Source: a virus (Duplodnaviria; Caudoviricetes). From it: 54,917 nt of DNA. Each line of letters starts with the position of its first letter. The first letter of the stretch is position 1. The stretch is taken from positions 1 to 54,917 of IMG/VR virus record IMGVR_UViG_3300006752_000033. The stretch is one strand, 5' to 3'. The position numbers were made by a program, and so were the translations under genes. A model generated the notes under the pieces. That model made no database searches and was not told the DNA's origin. It saw nothing but the letters and a program-made list of their open reading frames with translations. Shown piece after piece: positions 1 through 10,347 of the stretch.

Positions 1-378
1 AGTTCCCTGATCTTGGTGTTGTTGTGAACCAAATCCAGTAACCTTGGATAGTTCTAACCAGACAACTGCATCACCGTTTGAAATGGCAATGTCAATGTCT
101 TGATCGTTTTCAGTGTTTTCTACCCATCCGTACCAATCGGTAAAACCAGTACCGTGGACATGCATGATATCAACACTGTTGCGAGTGATAGTTACTGCGG
201 CGTTTTTGTCACAGTTCCAGTGTACTCTTGTTATGTTTACTGTCGGACTAGAGGCAGTCTCTCCCGACTTGACTATATCGGTGTCGATATCGATGGTTCC
301 GCTGTCACCACCAGTGCCCGTACACCTAACAACTGCCTGCACTTGAGTCAGTTTTAAGTTAGATTTTGCGAATGCCAT
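1..378 (-). CDS. Hypothetical head-module protein (partial, runs off the window start)
   Basis: Read manually: ATG at 378 preceded by a GGAG RBS; open frame MAFAKSNLKLTQVQAVVRCTGTGGDSGTIDIDTD... to the window edge; lies downstream of the portal/prohead-core genes. Confidence 0.7.
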   Translation of the reverse strand, partial: MAFAKSNLKLTQVQAVVRCTGTGGDSGTIDIDTDIVKSGETASSPTVNITRVHWNCDKNAAVTITRNSVDIMHVHGTGFTDWYGWVENTENDQDIDIAISNGDAVVWLELSKVTGFGSQQHQDQGT

Positions 379-391
379 CTACCTATCTCCG

Positions 392-739
392 TTAGTATTT
401 CTTTTTGTGGTTGCCGTGAGACGCCATTTCTTGAATATCCAAGGCGTATGTCTCACACATTTCAATGCCATGTTCAAACATAACTTTATACCACCACACA
501 TCCCCGTTTGCATCAGGTTCTGCGTGTTCTCCCATGATTGGCTTACCTTCACCAAACTTAGGATGCACCACTTTTGTAGCACAAGCGTGAGTGAGTTTGG
601 GTTCTTCAGAACTACCCTGTTTCGGGGGAGTCTTGTCTCCCTCAGTACCAGTTTCAGTAGGATGATTCGCAGTAGGCTCTTCTTTTGAAACCTTCTCTAC
701 TGGTTTGGCCTCTTCACGAAAATCTTTAAACGTCTTCAT
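392..739 (-). CDS. Prohead core/scaffold-region protein (MKTFKDF-type N-terminus)
   Basis: 115-aa ORF; the MKTFKDFREE start is typical of T4-like prohead-core-region proteins; follows the gp67-like gene. Confidence 0.6.
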   Translation of the reverse strand: MKTFKDFREEAKPVEKVSKEEPTANHPTETGTEGDKTPPKQGSSEEPKLTHACATKVVHPKFGEGKPIMGEHAEPDANGDVWWYKVMFEHGIEMCETYALDIQEMASHGNHKKKY

Positions 740-998
740 CTGACTCTTCCTCTGATTCTTCTGGGGTTGCTTCTAAACCCATCTTTTGCATTTCTGGATC
801 GTTGAAGATGCCTGGTACGATCTCGGACTTTCTGACCGCGAGCATATCATCGGCACGTTTGTTCATCATCGAAAAGAATTCGTCGTTTGCACCAGCAAGG
901 TCACCATCGGCCCACTTATCCATCATTTGTCTGATAGCATCTTGGGAACCAACTTCGTCCTGTACTTCCAATTCAACGTTTTCAACTTCTTCACTCAT
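726..998 (-). CDS. Small acidic prohead core protein, gp67-like
   Basis: 90 aa, very Glu/Asp-rich, immediately downstream of the portal gene like T4 gene 67. Confidence 0.6.
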   Translation of the reverse strand: MSEEVENVELEVQDEVGSQDAIRQMMDKWADGDLAGANDEFFSMMNKRADDMLAVRKSEIVPGIFNDPEMQKMGLEATPEESEEESDEDV

Positions 999-2499
999 TA
1001 TTATCTCCTACTACATTATCTTCTGGTTGACCTGACCCTATTTGTTGATCTATTAAGGCAATTTCTTTGTCACTAAATCTTAAAATATTTTTCTGGACAT
1101 ATTCTTTGCTGAATAGTTGTCCAACATAAGGTGCAACCTGATTAAGAATTTCAACTCTACTTCTTAATACTTCTTGTTCTTTCGACTCAGTATAATAAGC
1201 ATCAGATGCAAATCTATACTGAATGTCTTCTTTGATTGCAGGCCACTCTGTCTCGTTAATAACTCCTTTGAGAATTAACTGAGTCTTTAACAAATCATCA
1301 AAGACACCGGAGAACCTTCTCCTCAGTTTAGAAATGAACTTAGTAAACTTTAATTCATCTCTTGTAATCTCGGCCGACCTACCAAAATTAAGTCCAGCCT
1401 GTTGTTCTAATCTAGAGACAGGAACATTGAGTGATTGATATAGTTTCTTTTGAAAGTAAACTACGTCTTCAATCTCACCCAAGTTCTGACCACCAGGCAA
1501 TGTTTGAATCTCTGTTCCTCTGCCACCCTCTTTTCGTGGTAACCAGAAGTCTTCAAGCATTGACATAAACTTTTTGTCATCTCGGATTTCTCCGGTCTCA
1601 GAATCGTACACCAACTTGTTACGATATCTGTTCATGACATCTTTAAGATATTGTTCTGCCTTTGCAGTCGGCAAGTTACCAACATCTATGTAAAATATTC
1701 TTCTTTCTGGGGAACGTGTGATACGATAAATCACCACTGAGTTCTCCATCATTCTCAGTTGGTTAGCAGGTCGAATAGCCTTGTGAAGGAAGGACAGTGG
1801 TATATTTTTATCTTGGTCAACTAGACCAGATGTACAATACGCAACCGCATCCTTACTAACCTTAATTGCTTTGTCATTAGCAACATCTGTCTTGTACAAT
1901 TGATTGCTAGTGAGAGCAATACCCTTTTCATCAAAAACAAAATACTCATTTACTTCTTTGACCAGAGAAACTTGCGACTTTGCATCTTTCTCTTTTTTGA
2001 TCTCTCTGACCTTGCGAATCTTTCTTGGATCAACGTAACGAATATCTTTCAAACCCTCTTTGGGTTTTTCTGTATCAATCACCTTGTGGAAGTAAATTCT
2101 TCCGTCAATATACCATCTTCTAAAATAATCTTGCGCCTTCGTATTGAAGTCCAAGATAGTCATGATGTTGTTAAACTCTTCTGCAATAGTTTTCTTTACA
2201 CTTGCAGAAGCGTTTATATTATCAAGATCAAGTACTACTGGTTTTTCATCGTCAAGATTTGATATAGAGTCGTTGACCACATCTTCAATAGCTGCGTCAA
2301 CATCTCCCATCATAGAGATGTCCCTGTATCTTTTAATTAGCTGGCTTTCATTATTAGCAGTACCTTCGATATCAAAGTATGTACCGTAGTATCCACCAGC
2401 TCTAATAGCTTCGAGCGACCCATCATCAGAAGGAGGTACAAAAGATTTCTCCCCCTTAGATGGTTTGGATCGCTCTATGCTATACCCAAATAATTCCAT
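991..2499 (-). CDS. gp20: Portal vertex protein gp20
   Basis: Motifs FRRWYIDGRIYFHK, YRITRSPERRIFYIDVGNLP, MLEDFWLPRKEGGRGTEI, ITRDELKF. Confidence 0.98.
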   Translation of the reverse strand: MELFGYSIERSKPSKGEKSFVPPSDDGSLEAIRAGGYYGTYFDIEGTANNESQLIKRYRDISMMGDVDAAIEDVVNDSISNLDDEKPVVLDLDNINASASVKKTIAEEFNNIMTILDFNTKAQDYFRRWYIDGRIYFHKVIDTEKPKEGLKDIRYVDPRKIRKVREIKKEKDAKSQVSLVKEVNEYFVFDEKGIALTSNQLYKTDVANDKAIKVSKDAVAYCTSGLVDQDKNIPLSFLHKAIRPANQLRMMENSVVIYRITRSPERRIFYIDVGNLPTAKAEQYLKDVMNRYRNKLVYDSETGEIRDDKKFMSMLEDFWLPRKEGGRGTEIQTLPGGQNLGEIEDVVYFQKKLYQSLNVPVSRLEQQAGLNFGRSAEITRDELKFTKFISKLRRRFSGVFDDLLKTQLILKGVINETEWPAIKEDIQYRFASDAYYTESKEQEVLRSRVEILNQVAPYVGQLFSKEYVQKNILRFSDKEIALIDQQIGSGQPEDNVVGDNNE

Positions 2500-2526
2500 A
2501 ATTTATCCTAGATTAACGGTTAAAAC

Positions 2527-3042
2527 TTAATCAATATCGTAGTGTGAATACTGCCAAGTCACCGTAAATTCTTCAAAAATATCATTCTGTGCATAGTTCA
2601 ATGCGATTTCTGACATCTGGATAGGGAAGGCATTGCGTAGTGTATAAGCACCACCAGGCAATACTGCATCGTTTCTATCCAAATGTTCAACAACGATGTC
2701 GGTCTGATAATCACGCGGTGTAAGAACACCAGTGTTTTCAGCACGATCATTCAGACCATTCATCCACTGTTCAAAGGGACTTCTGAGACTGAATTCAGAA
2801 TCATTTACAACCGTAATTGTCCACGGATCAAAGATTCTTTCTCCCGCCAACTTCACCTCGCGACCCCTATACTGGATGATCGCGGGGTTTACGTTAGAAG
2901 CAGGAAGTGCGGCACCAGTTACGAGCAGACTATAAGAAGTGTCAACACCAACCACATAAGATGGAAACGCGAGTTTCACCCTAAACTGATTGGGGCGAGC
3001 ACCCCCGGCGCCAAGTCTTGCCTTAAACTCTTCAATATTCAT
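2527..3042 (-). CDS. gp19: Tail tube protein gp19
   Basis: GGARPNQF, RGREVKLAGERIFDPWTITV, EEFTVTW; located between sheath and portal. Confidence 0.96.
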   Translation of the reverse strand: MNIEEFKARLGAGGARPNQFRVKLAFPSYVVGVDTSYSLLVTGAALPASNVNPAIIQYRGREVKLAGERIFDPWTITVVNDSEFSLRSPFEQWMNGLNDRAENTGVLTPRDYQTDIVVEHLDRNDAVLPGGAYTLRNAFPIQMSEIALNYAQNDIFEEFTVTWQYSHYDID

Positions 3043-3068
3043 CTAACTTTTCTCCTAAGTTTGTCTGT

Positions 3069-3076
3069 TATTTATT
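3069..3076 (-). promoter_or_regulatory. Late-promoter variant AATAAATA upstream of gp19
   Basis: One mismatch to TATAAATA, in the gp18-gp19 gap. Confidence 0.5.
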
Positions 3077-3083
3077 CGTACTA

Positions 3084-5033
3084 TTAAGCGCCAAGTTCTT
3101 CAAACGAGATGCCAGTTCTAGTAGCAATAAACGTCAGAGTGATGAAGTTGATTGACTTAGCAGGTTTAATGTAAATATCTGCCCTAAACTCATTAGAGTC
3201 GATAACCTGTGGCGTGTTGTTTGTTTCATTACAAACCACACGGAAGTCGTAAATACCTCTGCGTCCCTGTACGTCACGCAAGAATGGTTCTACTAGTGCA
3301 ACAAACTGTGCTCTTGTAAACGCATCGTTGAATTCAAACAACTGGAATTTTGCAGCAGTTGCGATTGCCTTCTCAAGAACGATAAACAATCTGCGAACGT
3401 TAATTCTATTGAAAGCAGAAGGTTTGGCAAGCATTGTCTTATCACCAAACAGAACGATACCCGTTCCAGGCGTGTTGATAACAGGGTTTACACTCTTCTG
3501 ATACAGAGTATCCCTGTCAGCCTTTCTGGGAGACCAAGCAAGTTTGATAGCATTCTTAATGATGCCGCGGTTCAAACCAGCAGGAGAGAACCAAGGATCA
3601 TCACCGAGGTCAGTAATTACACAACACCCAGCAACGTCACCGTTTAGGGGTACATATGTGTATCTATCGTTGTACTTATCGTACATGTACTTCCAACCAC
3701 TGTCCATGACAGCGTAAGAAGAACGAGTGTAAGAACCGTGATCTGGTTGAGAAAGAATGTCAGCAACCTCATCACCTTCGTTGTTTACAACGTTTCCTCT
3801 CTGCGGAGAAATGAATGCGAGACAGTCTTTGCGAACCTCTGCAACGTTATCAATAACGTAATCACCAACTGAAACTGGGTGTGCAGACAGTAGAATCAAA
3901 GAAACGTCAACTAATTCGTCGTTTGCAAAGAGATCGTAACCCTGTTGAAGTTGGCCAATTGATGGTGCATCATCAATACCACCCGTGAGAGAGATATTTT
4001 GATCCGCATCATCCACACCCATGCAGGCAAATGATGTTCCACCTTCTGAAGATGCGCCCCAGTTTGTTCCACTGGCTGGATTGTCCATCCACCAAACCCA
4101 CTTAGAACGATCATTGATTACGTTCTTATAGTAGTTGGTAGAGTTGACATCATCTTTTGCGTCTTTTGCCTTTGATAGACCGGCAAACTTCTCAAGTATA
4201 GTACCAGCAACACCACTAATGGCACCATCTTCGTCAATAACGAGAATGTTTAATTCGTCGTTTTCTGCACCGTTGTTTAAAGCCCAAGTAGTAGTATTGG
4301 GGATACTGTCAAACTCGTCCTTGTATTCCCACTCAACTGCCATAACAGCAGTAGCAGCAACAGCACCAGTACCATCAGCGGTCACCGTGACCGTGGGGGG
4401 AGTTGAGTTAGAGTAACCAAAGCCTGGGTTTGTAACAGTGATTGAAGTAACGTTACCACCAGAGACAGTTGCGGTTGCAGTAGCTTGAATACCACCACTA
4501 CCAACTGCAAACAAATCAGGTGCGGCAATTGCCACTGTTGCAGTAGTTCTGTCACCAGCAGTGTCAGAAGCATCTAGTGTAATAGTTGCGACACTTAAAT
4601 TAGAAGTTGAAGTGGCATCAGCCATAACAACTTTGAGACTGTTACCAAGACCACCGGCATACTTTGATGCCCAAGGACCAACACTGTTGGTGCCCTGTGA
4701 AAATTGGTCTTGATAGTGATCTTCATTCTTAATAAGAACAGCGGTTCCTTCTGAAACGCTGTTCACGGATAGAGCACCGACTTCTCTTACTGTTAAACAA
4801 TTAGACCCATATGCCAAAAATGATGCGGTGGTCATGAAATCGTAGAAAGTCGTAGTACTTGGTCTCCCAAATCTTTCTACCAAATTGTTCTCCGAATCTA
4901 CGGACGTAATTTCGTGAACGGGCCCCCAAATGTAATTTCCAACAATCCCGCCGATTGTAGTAGCTACTGCTGGGACAACGTTGGTGAGGTCTCTCTCTTT
5001 GATTAGGACGCCAGGTGATAACTGGAAAGCCAT
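3084..5033 (-). CDS. gp18: Tail sheath protein gp18
   Basis: MAFQLSPGV start; PWFSPAGLNRG, FGDKT, RINVRRLF, FEFNDAFTR motifs. Confidence 0.98.
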   Translation of the reverse strand: MAFQLSPGVLIKERDLTNVVPAVATTIGGIVGNYIWGPVHEITSVDSENNLVERFGRPSTTTFYDFMTTASFLAYGSNCLTVREVGALSVNSVSEGTAVLIKNEDHYQDQFSQGTNSVGPWASKYAGGLGNSLKVVMADATSTSNLSVATITLDASDTAGDRTTATVAIAAPDLFAVGSGGIQATATATVSGGNVTSITVTNPGFGYSNSTPPTVTVTADGTGAVAATAVMAVEWEYKDEFDSIPNTTTWALNNGAENDELNILVIDEDGAISGVAGTILEKFAGLSKAKDAKDDVNSTNYYKNVINDRSKWVWWMDNPASGTNWGASSEGGTSFACMGVDDADQNISLTGGIDDAPSIGQLQQGYDLFANDELVDVSLILLSAHPVSVGDYVIDNVAEVRKDCLAFISPQRGNVVNNEGDEVADILSQPDHGSYTRSSYAVMDSGWKYMYDKYNDRYTYVPLNGDVAGCCVITDLGDDPWFSPAGLNRGIIKNAIKLAWSPRKADRDTLYQKSVNPVINTPGTGIVLFGDKTMLAKPSAFNRINVRRLFIVLEKAIATAAKFQLFEFNDAFTRAQFVALVEPFLRDVQGRRGIYDFRVVCNETNNTPQVIDSNEFRADIYIKPAKSINFITLTFIATRTGISFEELGA

Positions 5034-5085
5034 GTTGTTCTCCTTCGTGTTTTTATTTTACTAAATAAATAGTGTTCCTGAGAAT

Positions 5086-5093
5086 TATTTATA
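5086..5093 (-). promoter_or_regulatory. T4-type late promoter TATAAATA (gp18)
   Basis: Exact consensus about 50 nt upstream of the gp18 ATG. Confidence 0.8.
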
Positions 5094-6717
5094 ATAAATC
5101 TGTTTTCTCATTTGACCACATCCAATAGTCGCCATCAATTACTTCTGCCTCTACTCCATGCCCTGTTTCTACAAACCCGAACGGAGTCAAGTCTCTTTCG
5201 ATGTACCTTATCTGTGAGTCATACAACCCTTCGCGAATATCCACATCAGTCAAGTCTTTAAAAAATTGTTGTGTAGACAACCAAGCAAACAAGACCATAC
5301 ACATGGCCAGATCATCATGATATCCTTCATCAGCGGAAAAAGAACCAGCCTTTTCCACAAAGGTTGACAACTCATTGATACAGTCGGCATCCCAAACTAA
5401 AAACTTAGTTTCTTCTACCAAACTTTTTAGTGCCAAACACCCCTGTCTTTTGACAGCCTTTGATGTTCTAACACCCAGAGTAGTTTGTTTTCCAAAACCA
5501 GGCGATACATATTGTTTGTTTTTTTCTTGCACTGTACTAAAGATATTCTCGTACTCTAGTTCTTGGTGCAGTATGTCAACTACCTGTTGACCAATATCAT
5601 TATTTTCTATTAATACATACGCATTGTTAAAATCTTTTGCCACTCTTGCAATAAAGTCTGGATACAAGAGCGGCGAAACCTTGTTGTCTCTAAACTTTCC
5701 GACAACCTTGAAAGGCATCTCTGTAATATCAATGATAACAAAAGCAGAATAATCTCCACCGATTCCTCTCGCTGTGTCAGTTGTTATTACATAGTATTTA
5801 TTTTCTTGAGGTTCTTCATAAATGTCTAACCCATCTTTCTTGTAAAGAATTTCTTTTGATGACATTACTGCCAGTGCTTTTCCACTAATAAGAGTGTTTG
5901 TTGATCCCAAGAATTCACATAAAACTTCCTGATTATACTTTACTTCACCGAGAAGTTTAAATTGTTCTTCTGCCCACTTCTCATCACGGCCAGGAATCTC
6001 CGTGTAGTGGATGAACATATTCTCAAACCCATTAGTACCCTTCTCCGATTCATTCCAGAATTTCCAGAAGTGGTTGTATCCCAATGGTGTTGATGTCAAA
6101 AGAATCTTTGTTGTCTCACCAGCAGAAATGGTTGGATATACAGAAGCAAAGAACTCATCCGCAATGTTGTTTGGGATGATCGCAGCCTCATCAATGTACA
6201 ACCAGTTTACCGACTTACCACGAATACCAGATGTTGTGGTTGCAGATGTGAAAACTCTTGATCCATTTTCTAAATCAACGTCACCCTTGTTCCAAGTCTT
6301 TACACCCTGTTGCATCCAAATAGGCAGGTTCTCATACATGATTTGATAACGAGACAACACCTCTCTGGCAGCTGCGGTCTTGTTCGCCATGATCGCAACG
6401 TTCTTATTATCTTGAAAAATAGTATAGTGCAGAATACATGCGGCCGAGGTGATTGTTTTTCCTTGTTGTCTGCCCTCCATCAAGATTGTTTTACGATTGT
6501 TCATAATAAAATCTACTTTCACTTTCTGACAATCATATAGTTTAAATGGTTGCAAACCTTTATCAAGAGTTACAATCTTACAATAATTTTCAATGAAGTA
6601 AATGGGGTCTTCAGAACACCGGACAAATTCTTCCAGTTGTTCTTTGGTGAAATCGTGTTGGTATCCAACTGCTTTTAGATTTGGATTGCCGTGGTATGAG
6701 GTTTCAATCTGGTTCAT
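5089..6717 (-). CDS. gp17: Terminase large subunit gp17
   Basis: Walker A RQQGKT, Walker B YIDEAA, STPLGYNHF, nuclease DTARG...DYSA and HDDLAM motifs. Confidence 0.98.
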   Translation of the reverse strand: MNQIETSYHGNPNLKAVGYQHDFTKEQLEEFVRCSEDPIYFIENYCKIVTLDKGLQPFKLYDCQKVKVDFIMNNRKTILMEGRQQGKTITSAACILHYTIFQDNKNVAIMANKTAAAREVLSRYQIMYENLPIWMQQGVKTWNKGDVDLENGSRVFTSATTTSGIRGKSVNWLYIDEAAIIPNNIADEFFASVYPTISAGETTKILLTSTPLGYNHFWKFWNESEKGTNGFENMFIHYTEIPGRDEKWAEEQFKLLGEVKYNQEVLCEFLGSTNTLISGKALAVMSSKEILYKKDGLDIYEEPQENKYYVITTDTARGIGGDYSAFVIIDITEMPFKVVGKFRDNKVSPLLYPDFIARVAKDFNNAYVLIENNDIGQQVVDILHQELEYENIFSTVQEKNKQYVSPGFGKQTTLGVRTSKAVKRQGCLALKSLVEETKFLVWDADCINELSTFVEKAGSFSADEGYHDDLAMCMVLFAWLSTQQFFKDLTDVDIREGLYDSQIRYIERDLTPFGFVETGHGVEAEVIDGDYWMWSNEKTDLL

Positions 6718-7141
6718 GGTCTATGACGGTCCCATCTTTTTCATCACGAATAGCTTTAAGAATATCACTTGTAGTACCGGCAAAAACGATATTGTTCTGT
6801 GTTTCAATTTTTGGTTTATTATCGACACCAGACTTAACATCAATCCTATGTTTCTTTTCTTGGACATCCATCATGTCTTTTGCCTGTTCGCCCATCGTCT
6901 TGATTATCTGACCGGCGACCTCGTAGGCTCGGGGGTTGTCGCTATTCATTGCAACATTCAAAATACCTTCTGCGGCTTGTTCACTGTAAGACATGGCCTT
7001 TTCCATAGCCTGTCTCGCCTTTTGAAAGTCTGCATCAACATCGTTATTATCTGTCACGGCTGGGGGGTTCACCTTAGTCGTTTCAGTTGATACGGTTTGA
7101 AATGTTTTATCAAGAGCATCGAATACTTTGTTTCTGCTCAT
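6704..7141 (-). CDS. gp16: Terminase small subunit gp16
   Basis: PRAYEVAGQIIK and NNIVFAGTTSDI motifs; overlaps the gp17 start. Confidence 0.93.
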   Translation of the reverse strand: MSRNKVFDALDKTFQTVSTETTKVNPPAVTDNNDVDADFQKARQAMEKAMSYSEQAAEGILNVAMNSDNPRAYEVAGQIIKTMGEQAKDMMDVQEKKHRIDVKSGVDNKPKIETQNNIVFAGTTSDILKAIRDEKDGTVIDHEPD

Positions 7142-7149
7142 CACATCAC

Positions 7150-8151
7150 CTATTCATATACTTGTTCAAATTCATCAATAAACCTATAAGGTTCATGCTT
7201 GTAAGGGTTGTCATTGTACTCCGGTGGTTCTTCAAAGGTGACTGTTGGAGCAGTCACATAACCAGAACCTACATCATCGATTACGATTTTTGTAACAACG
7301 CCATTGGTAATTTCTGCATGAGCCCTAGCGTTGCCATCTACAGTTATATTGGGTGGGTTACTAGAATATCCCTCTCCACCATATGTGAGAGTAATAGAAT
7401 CGACAGAACCTCCGCTTATCGTTGCAGTTGCGGTTGGAATAGTGGTTGCAATCTCAAGTTGTCTCTTAATATGGGGTCCATCCATTGACTCATTCTCAAA
7501 AACTTTTGCAATAGCTTTCTTAATAAATCCTTGATTATCGACAACGCCATAGTAATTTAACTTCATTGTGAAATTCAATGACCAAATGATACTTTGTCTC
7601 GCGGCAAAATCACCCTCATACTCATCTTCAAATCCGATGCTGTCCAATGTTATTTTGATGTCGCGTTTGATACCCATAGATGGAAGATCATTTACCGTGA
7701 CATTAAAATCGGGATTGAAGTATGGTAAAATCTGTTCTACGATCTGCAAACCGTCTTCTTGATTCTTTGCAAAGATATAAAGACCAACTTGCATATCGTA
7801 TGGAGTTGATACAAAAGTTTTTCTGAATGTATTGGCGTCATCTCCAGTACCGACAGAAATGTTTTTCTGAATCGGTGATAATTTTCTGAGAGGGTCAAAG
7901 TTAAAACCAAGAATCTCAAACCCCATTCTAGGCAATGTAATTGCAACCTCGCCTCTAGTAGTGGTGTCTGGGACTTGCGCTATACGAGATAAAAACTTTT
8001 GTTTTGGGGAGTATGCTAGTGGTACACGAACACTCTGGGCTACTTCTCCGGCAGAATTCACTCTATTGATCTGAATGTTATTGAAGATTGTACCAAAAGC
8101 TACGATTGCTTTTTTTGTATGTTGATTATAAAATTGTTGATTCTTAAACAT
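7150..8151 (-). CDS. gp15: Tail sheath stabiliser/terminator gp15 with an extra C-terminal beta-rich domain
   Basis: AFGTIFNNI, VPLAYSPKQKFL, LPRMGFEI, QIVEQILPYF. Confidence 0.93.
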   Translation of the reverse strand: MFKNQQFYNQHTKKAIVAFGTIFNNIQINRVNSAGEVAQSVRVPLAYSPKQKFLSRIAQVPDTTTRGEVAITLPRMGFEILGFNFDPLRKLSPIQKNISVGTGDDANTFRKTFVSTPYDMQVGLYIFAKNQEDGLQIVEQILPYFNPDFNVTVNDLPSMGIKRDIKITLDSIGFEDEYEGDFAARQSIIWSLNFTMKLNYYGVVDNQGFIKKAIAKVFENESMDGPHIKRQLEIATTIPTATATISGGSVDSITLTYGGEGYSSNPPNITVDGNARAHAEITNGVVTKIVIDDVGSGYVTAPTVTFEEPPEYNDNPYKHEPYRFIDEFEQVYE

Positions 8152-8894
8152 CAGATTTCCCCAAAGGGATTGACTTCACTAAAGTCAAGTATTCCCTCTT
8201 GTTCTTGGAACACATCCAGATCGTCATTGTCACTGTTGATGAGACCTCTTTGTGCAGTGAAGTCCTCCAAGATAAGACATCCATCGTCCTCTTGCAACAA
8301 TAGATCGCCACTCTCTGTCTGAAATTGGAATCTCAATGCATCAAGACTGAAGTCAGAAACAACACCGTCAAGATCATCAAGACCAGTATCGAAACTTTCT
8401 GAAGAGTACTCAAAGAGTTCGCATTGCAATTTAAAGACGTAAATCTTTCCTAGTTGATAGAAGGGGTTTTGAAACTCTACAAACTTTATTTCAAAGATAG
8501 AACCCGTCTTTTCAAAATACAACAGATCACCTTCGGCCGGTCGAGCATCCAACTGAAACTGGCCACCAGTACTATCAACCATCTGTTCCCATCTTCTCTT
8601 TGATAGGATGAAGTTTGCCGAGTCTCTTATCTCAATACCAAATTTGGAAAAAAGATCACCCTCTCCCTCAAAACCATCAACGTTTTCCAAATACATTTCT
8701 AGGGGATACGCTTGAGTAAACTGAGACAAAGAATCTTCGTCAAATATCGTGTCTCTGTTCACTACTGTTCTTGGGAGATAGTAAACATCATGTCCATATA
8801 TTCTCAGGCTCTCAATAACCAAGTCCTCGACCAACCTTTGTTCGTTGGTCGTACCCATTGTGTTACCGGACTGAAAATAAAAGTTAGTGGGCAT
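8151..8894 (-). CDS. gp14: Neck protein gp14
   Basis: YGHDVYYLPR, SKFGIEIRD, RPAEGDLLY, PFYQLGK, C-terminal FSEVNPFGE. Confidence 0.95.
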   Translation of the reverse strand: MPTNFYFQSGNTMGTTNEQRLVEDLVIESLRIYGHDVYYLPRTVVNRDTIFDEDSLSQFTQAYPLEMYLENVDGFEGEGDLFSKFGIEIRDSANFILSKRRWEQMVDSTGGQFQLDARPAEGDLLYFEKTGSIFEIKFVEFQNPFYQLGKIYVFKLQCELFEYSSESFDTGLDDLDGVVSDFSLDALRFQFQTESGDLLLQEDDGCLILEDFTAQRGLINSDNDDLDVFQEQEGILDFSEVNPFGEI

Positions 8895-8897
8895 TAG

Positions 8898-9860
8898 TTA
8901 CCCCACCATAAGTGTCGGGGGAAGTTCGTACTTGAGTTGCATTTCTTCTTCTATCTGTGCAATCTCCTGTATGGCTTCTTGGTATATCGTTTCTCCGTTG
9001 AGAGTTACGCCACCAGGCATTTGAATGCCTTGAAACTTTTTCATGTTCTCCCCCCACTGTCTTTTGATAAGAGCAGTGGAGTACCTCTTGAGAAACATAT
9101 CATCATAAACTTCCGTAAATTGCGCTGGGTCTAGCACAGCGTATCCTTCTGCAACAATAAAGTCGCCGATATCATATGTCTCTGACAAATCAGCGTCAAT
9201 GTGCAATCTATTTGTTTTTCTGTTCCATCTTATTTGTCTTTCGTTTCGGAACAGTTGTTCAAGAGTTGACAGATGAGTTTTTGTCATGGCGTAATATGTG
9301 ACATCCGCCGACATCAGGTTGTACATATCGTTTAATGCAAACTGATAGTCTATATCAAATAATCCATCAGACTTAGTGCCTCCCAACAACTTTCCAAACT
9401 TAAACAACTTTGTGATGTTCAAGATGTTATTTCCTACTTCGACATAACCATTTTCAATGTCGCCCTTTGTGTAAGGTGTAGTAGAAAGTGTTGCAGTGTA
9501 ACCAGAATTTCCACCAGTGATACTTTCGCTGGCTTCCCAAGTTCCCTTGGACTTCTCTACGGAGATGTTATTACCGTCCAATTCTTTTACTATAGCTGTT
9601 GTTCCAGAAGTATTCCCAGTGATGGTTTCACCGATATGAAAGTTGCTTGCCAGCGAGGCTTGAAGGTTTACTGTAGAACCTGTTAGCGCCTTCTTAAAGT
9701 AAGTTCTTTCCGAACCATCAAAGTGATAGTCTGTCCAAAATTGAAACGCATCGTCTATTCTATCGGATACTTGGTCTTCATCGACGTTGATTTCAATTAC
9801 AGGAAACCCAAGTCGCCTGAGACAGTAATCAATCAGTTCTTGTCTGCTAGACAATGCCAT
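8898..9860 (-). CDS. gp13: Neck protein gp13 with an internal inserted domain
   Basis: YCLRRLGFPVIEINV, KRQWGENMKKF, PGGVTLNG. Confidence 0.95.
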   Translation of the reverse strand: MALSSRQELIDYCLRRLGFPVIEINVDEDQVSDRIDDAFQFWTDYHFDGSERTYFKKALTGSTVNLQASLASNFHIGETITGNTSGTTAIVKELDGNNISVEKSKGTWEASESITGGNSGYTATLSTTPYTKGDIENGYVEVGNNILNITKLFKFGKLLGGTKSDGLFDIDYQFALNDMYNLMSADVTYYAMTKTHLSTLEQLFRNERQIRWNRKTNRLHIDADLSETYDIGDFIVAEGYAVLDPAQFTEVYDDMFLKRYSTALIKRQWGENMKKFQGIQMPGGVTLNGETIYQEAIQEIAQIEEEMQLKYELPPTLMVG

Positions 9861-9872
9861 TAGTGTCTCCTA

Positions 9873-10304
9873 TTAAGATTGTTCGTATGCGTACAACAGT
9901 GCCTTCAACGCAGTAATTTCTTGTTGAACAAATGCGGTAGTTGCAATCTGTGTTGTATCGGTTCCCGTAGACGCGGTAGGAGCAGTCGGCGTACCAGTTA
10001 AAGCGGCAGAGGCAAAGATGGTTGCAGTATCTACCGCAATATCATCTGCGTTGACTGTGATGCCTGTTCCTGCACCAACAGCAAGAGTAACGGTTGTACT
10101 TCCAGACTCAGTAAGACCAGCACCACCAACAACGTCTTCAAGAGTTACTTCTGAATGTTTTGCTAGACGAATACCACCCGCCGTACTACCATCGTGTACT
10201 CTGATGGTATCAAGGGTGGTATCAAATGTTACTTCCCCAGCAGCTCCAGTAAAACTGTTGTGTTCAGTAGTGGTGCCCCGTCTAAGTTGTAGTTTAGTAG
10301 GCAT
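9873..10304 (-). CDS. Short fibre-like structural protein with an Mtd_N-like N-terminal domain
   Basis: LQLRRGTT..H..FTGA.GEVT.DT...RVHDG.TAGG N-terminus; ALTGTPTAPTA..TQIATTAFV fibre motif. Confidence 0.75.
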   Translation of the reverse strand: MPTKLQLRRGTTTEHNSFTGAAGEVTFDTTLDTIRVHDGSTAGGIRLAKHSEVTLEDVVGGAGLTESGSTTVTLAVGAGTGITVNADDIAVDTATIFASAALTGTPTAPTASTGTDTTQIATTAFVQQEITALKALLYAYEQS

Positions 10305-10338
10305 ATTCTATCTCTTTATAAAGATTCAATTTACTACC

Positions 10339-10346
10339 TATTTATA
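10339..10346 (-). promoter_or_regulatory. T4-type late promoter TATAAATA
   Basis: Exact consensus in the intergenic gap upstream of 10304. Confidence 0.8.
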
Positions 10347-10347
10347 A

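Noticed and set aside
991-6717. Inteins, introns or homing endonucleases in portal, sheath or terminase
   Set aside because: The genes are uninterrupted and of normal length, with no splicing motifs.
9873-10304. Possible diversity-generating retroelement, suggested by the Mtd_N-like domain
   Set aside because: No reverse transcriptase and no adenine-variant template/variable repeat pair seen in the window.
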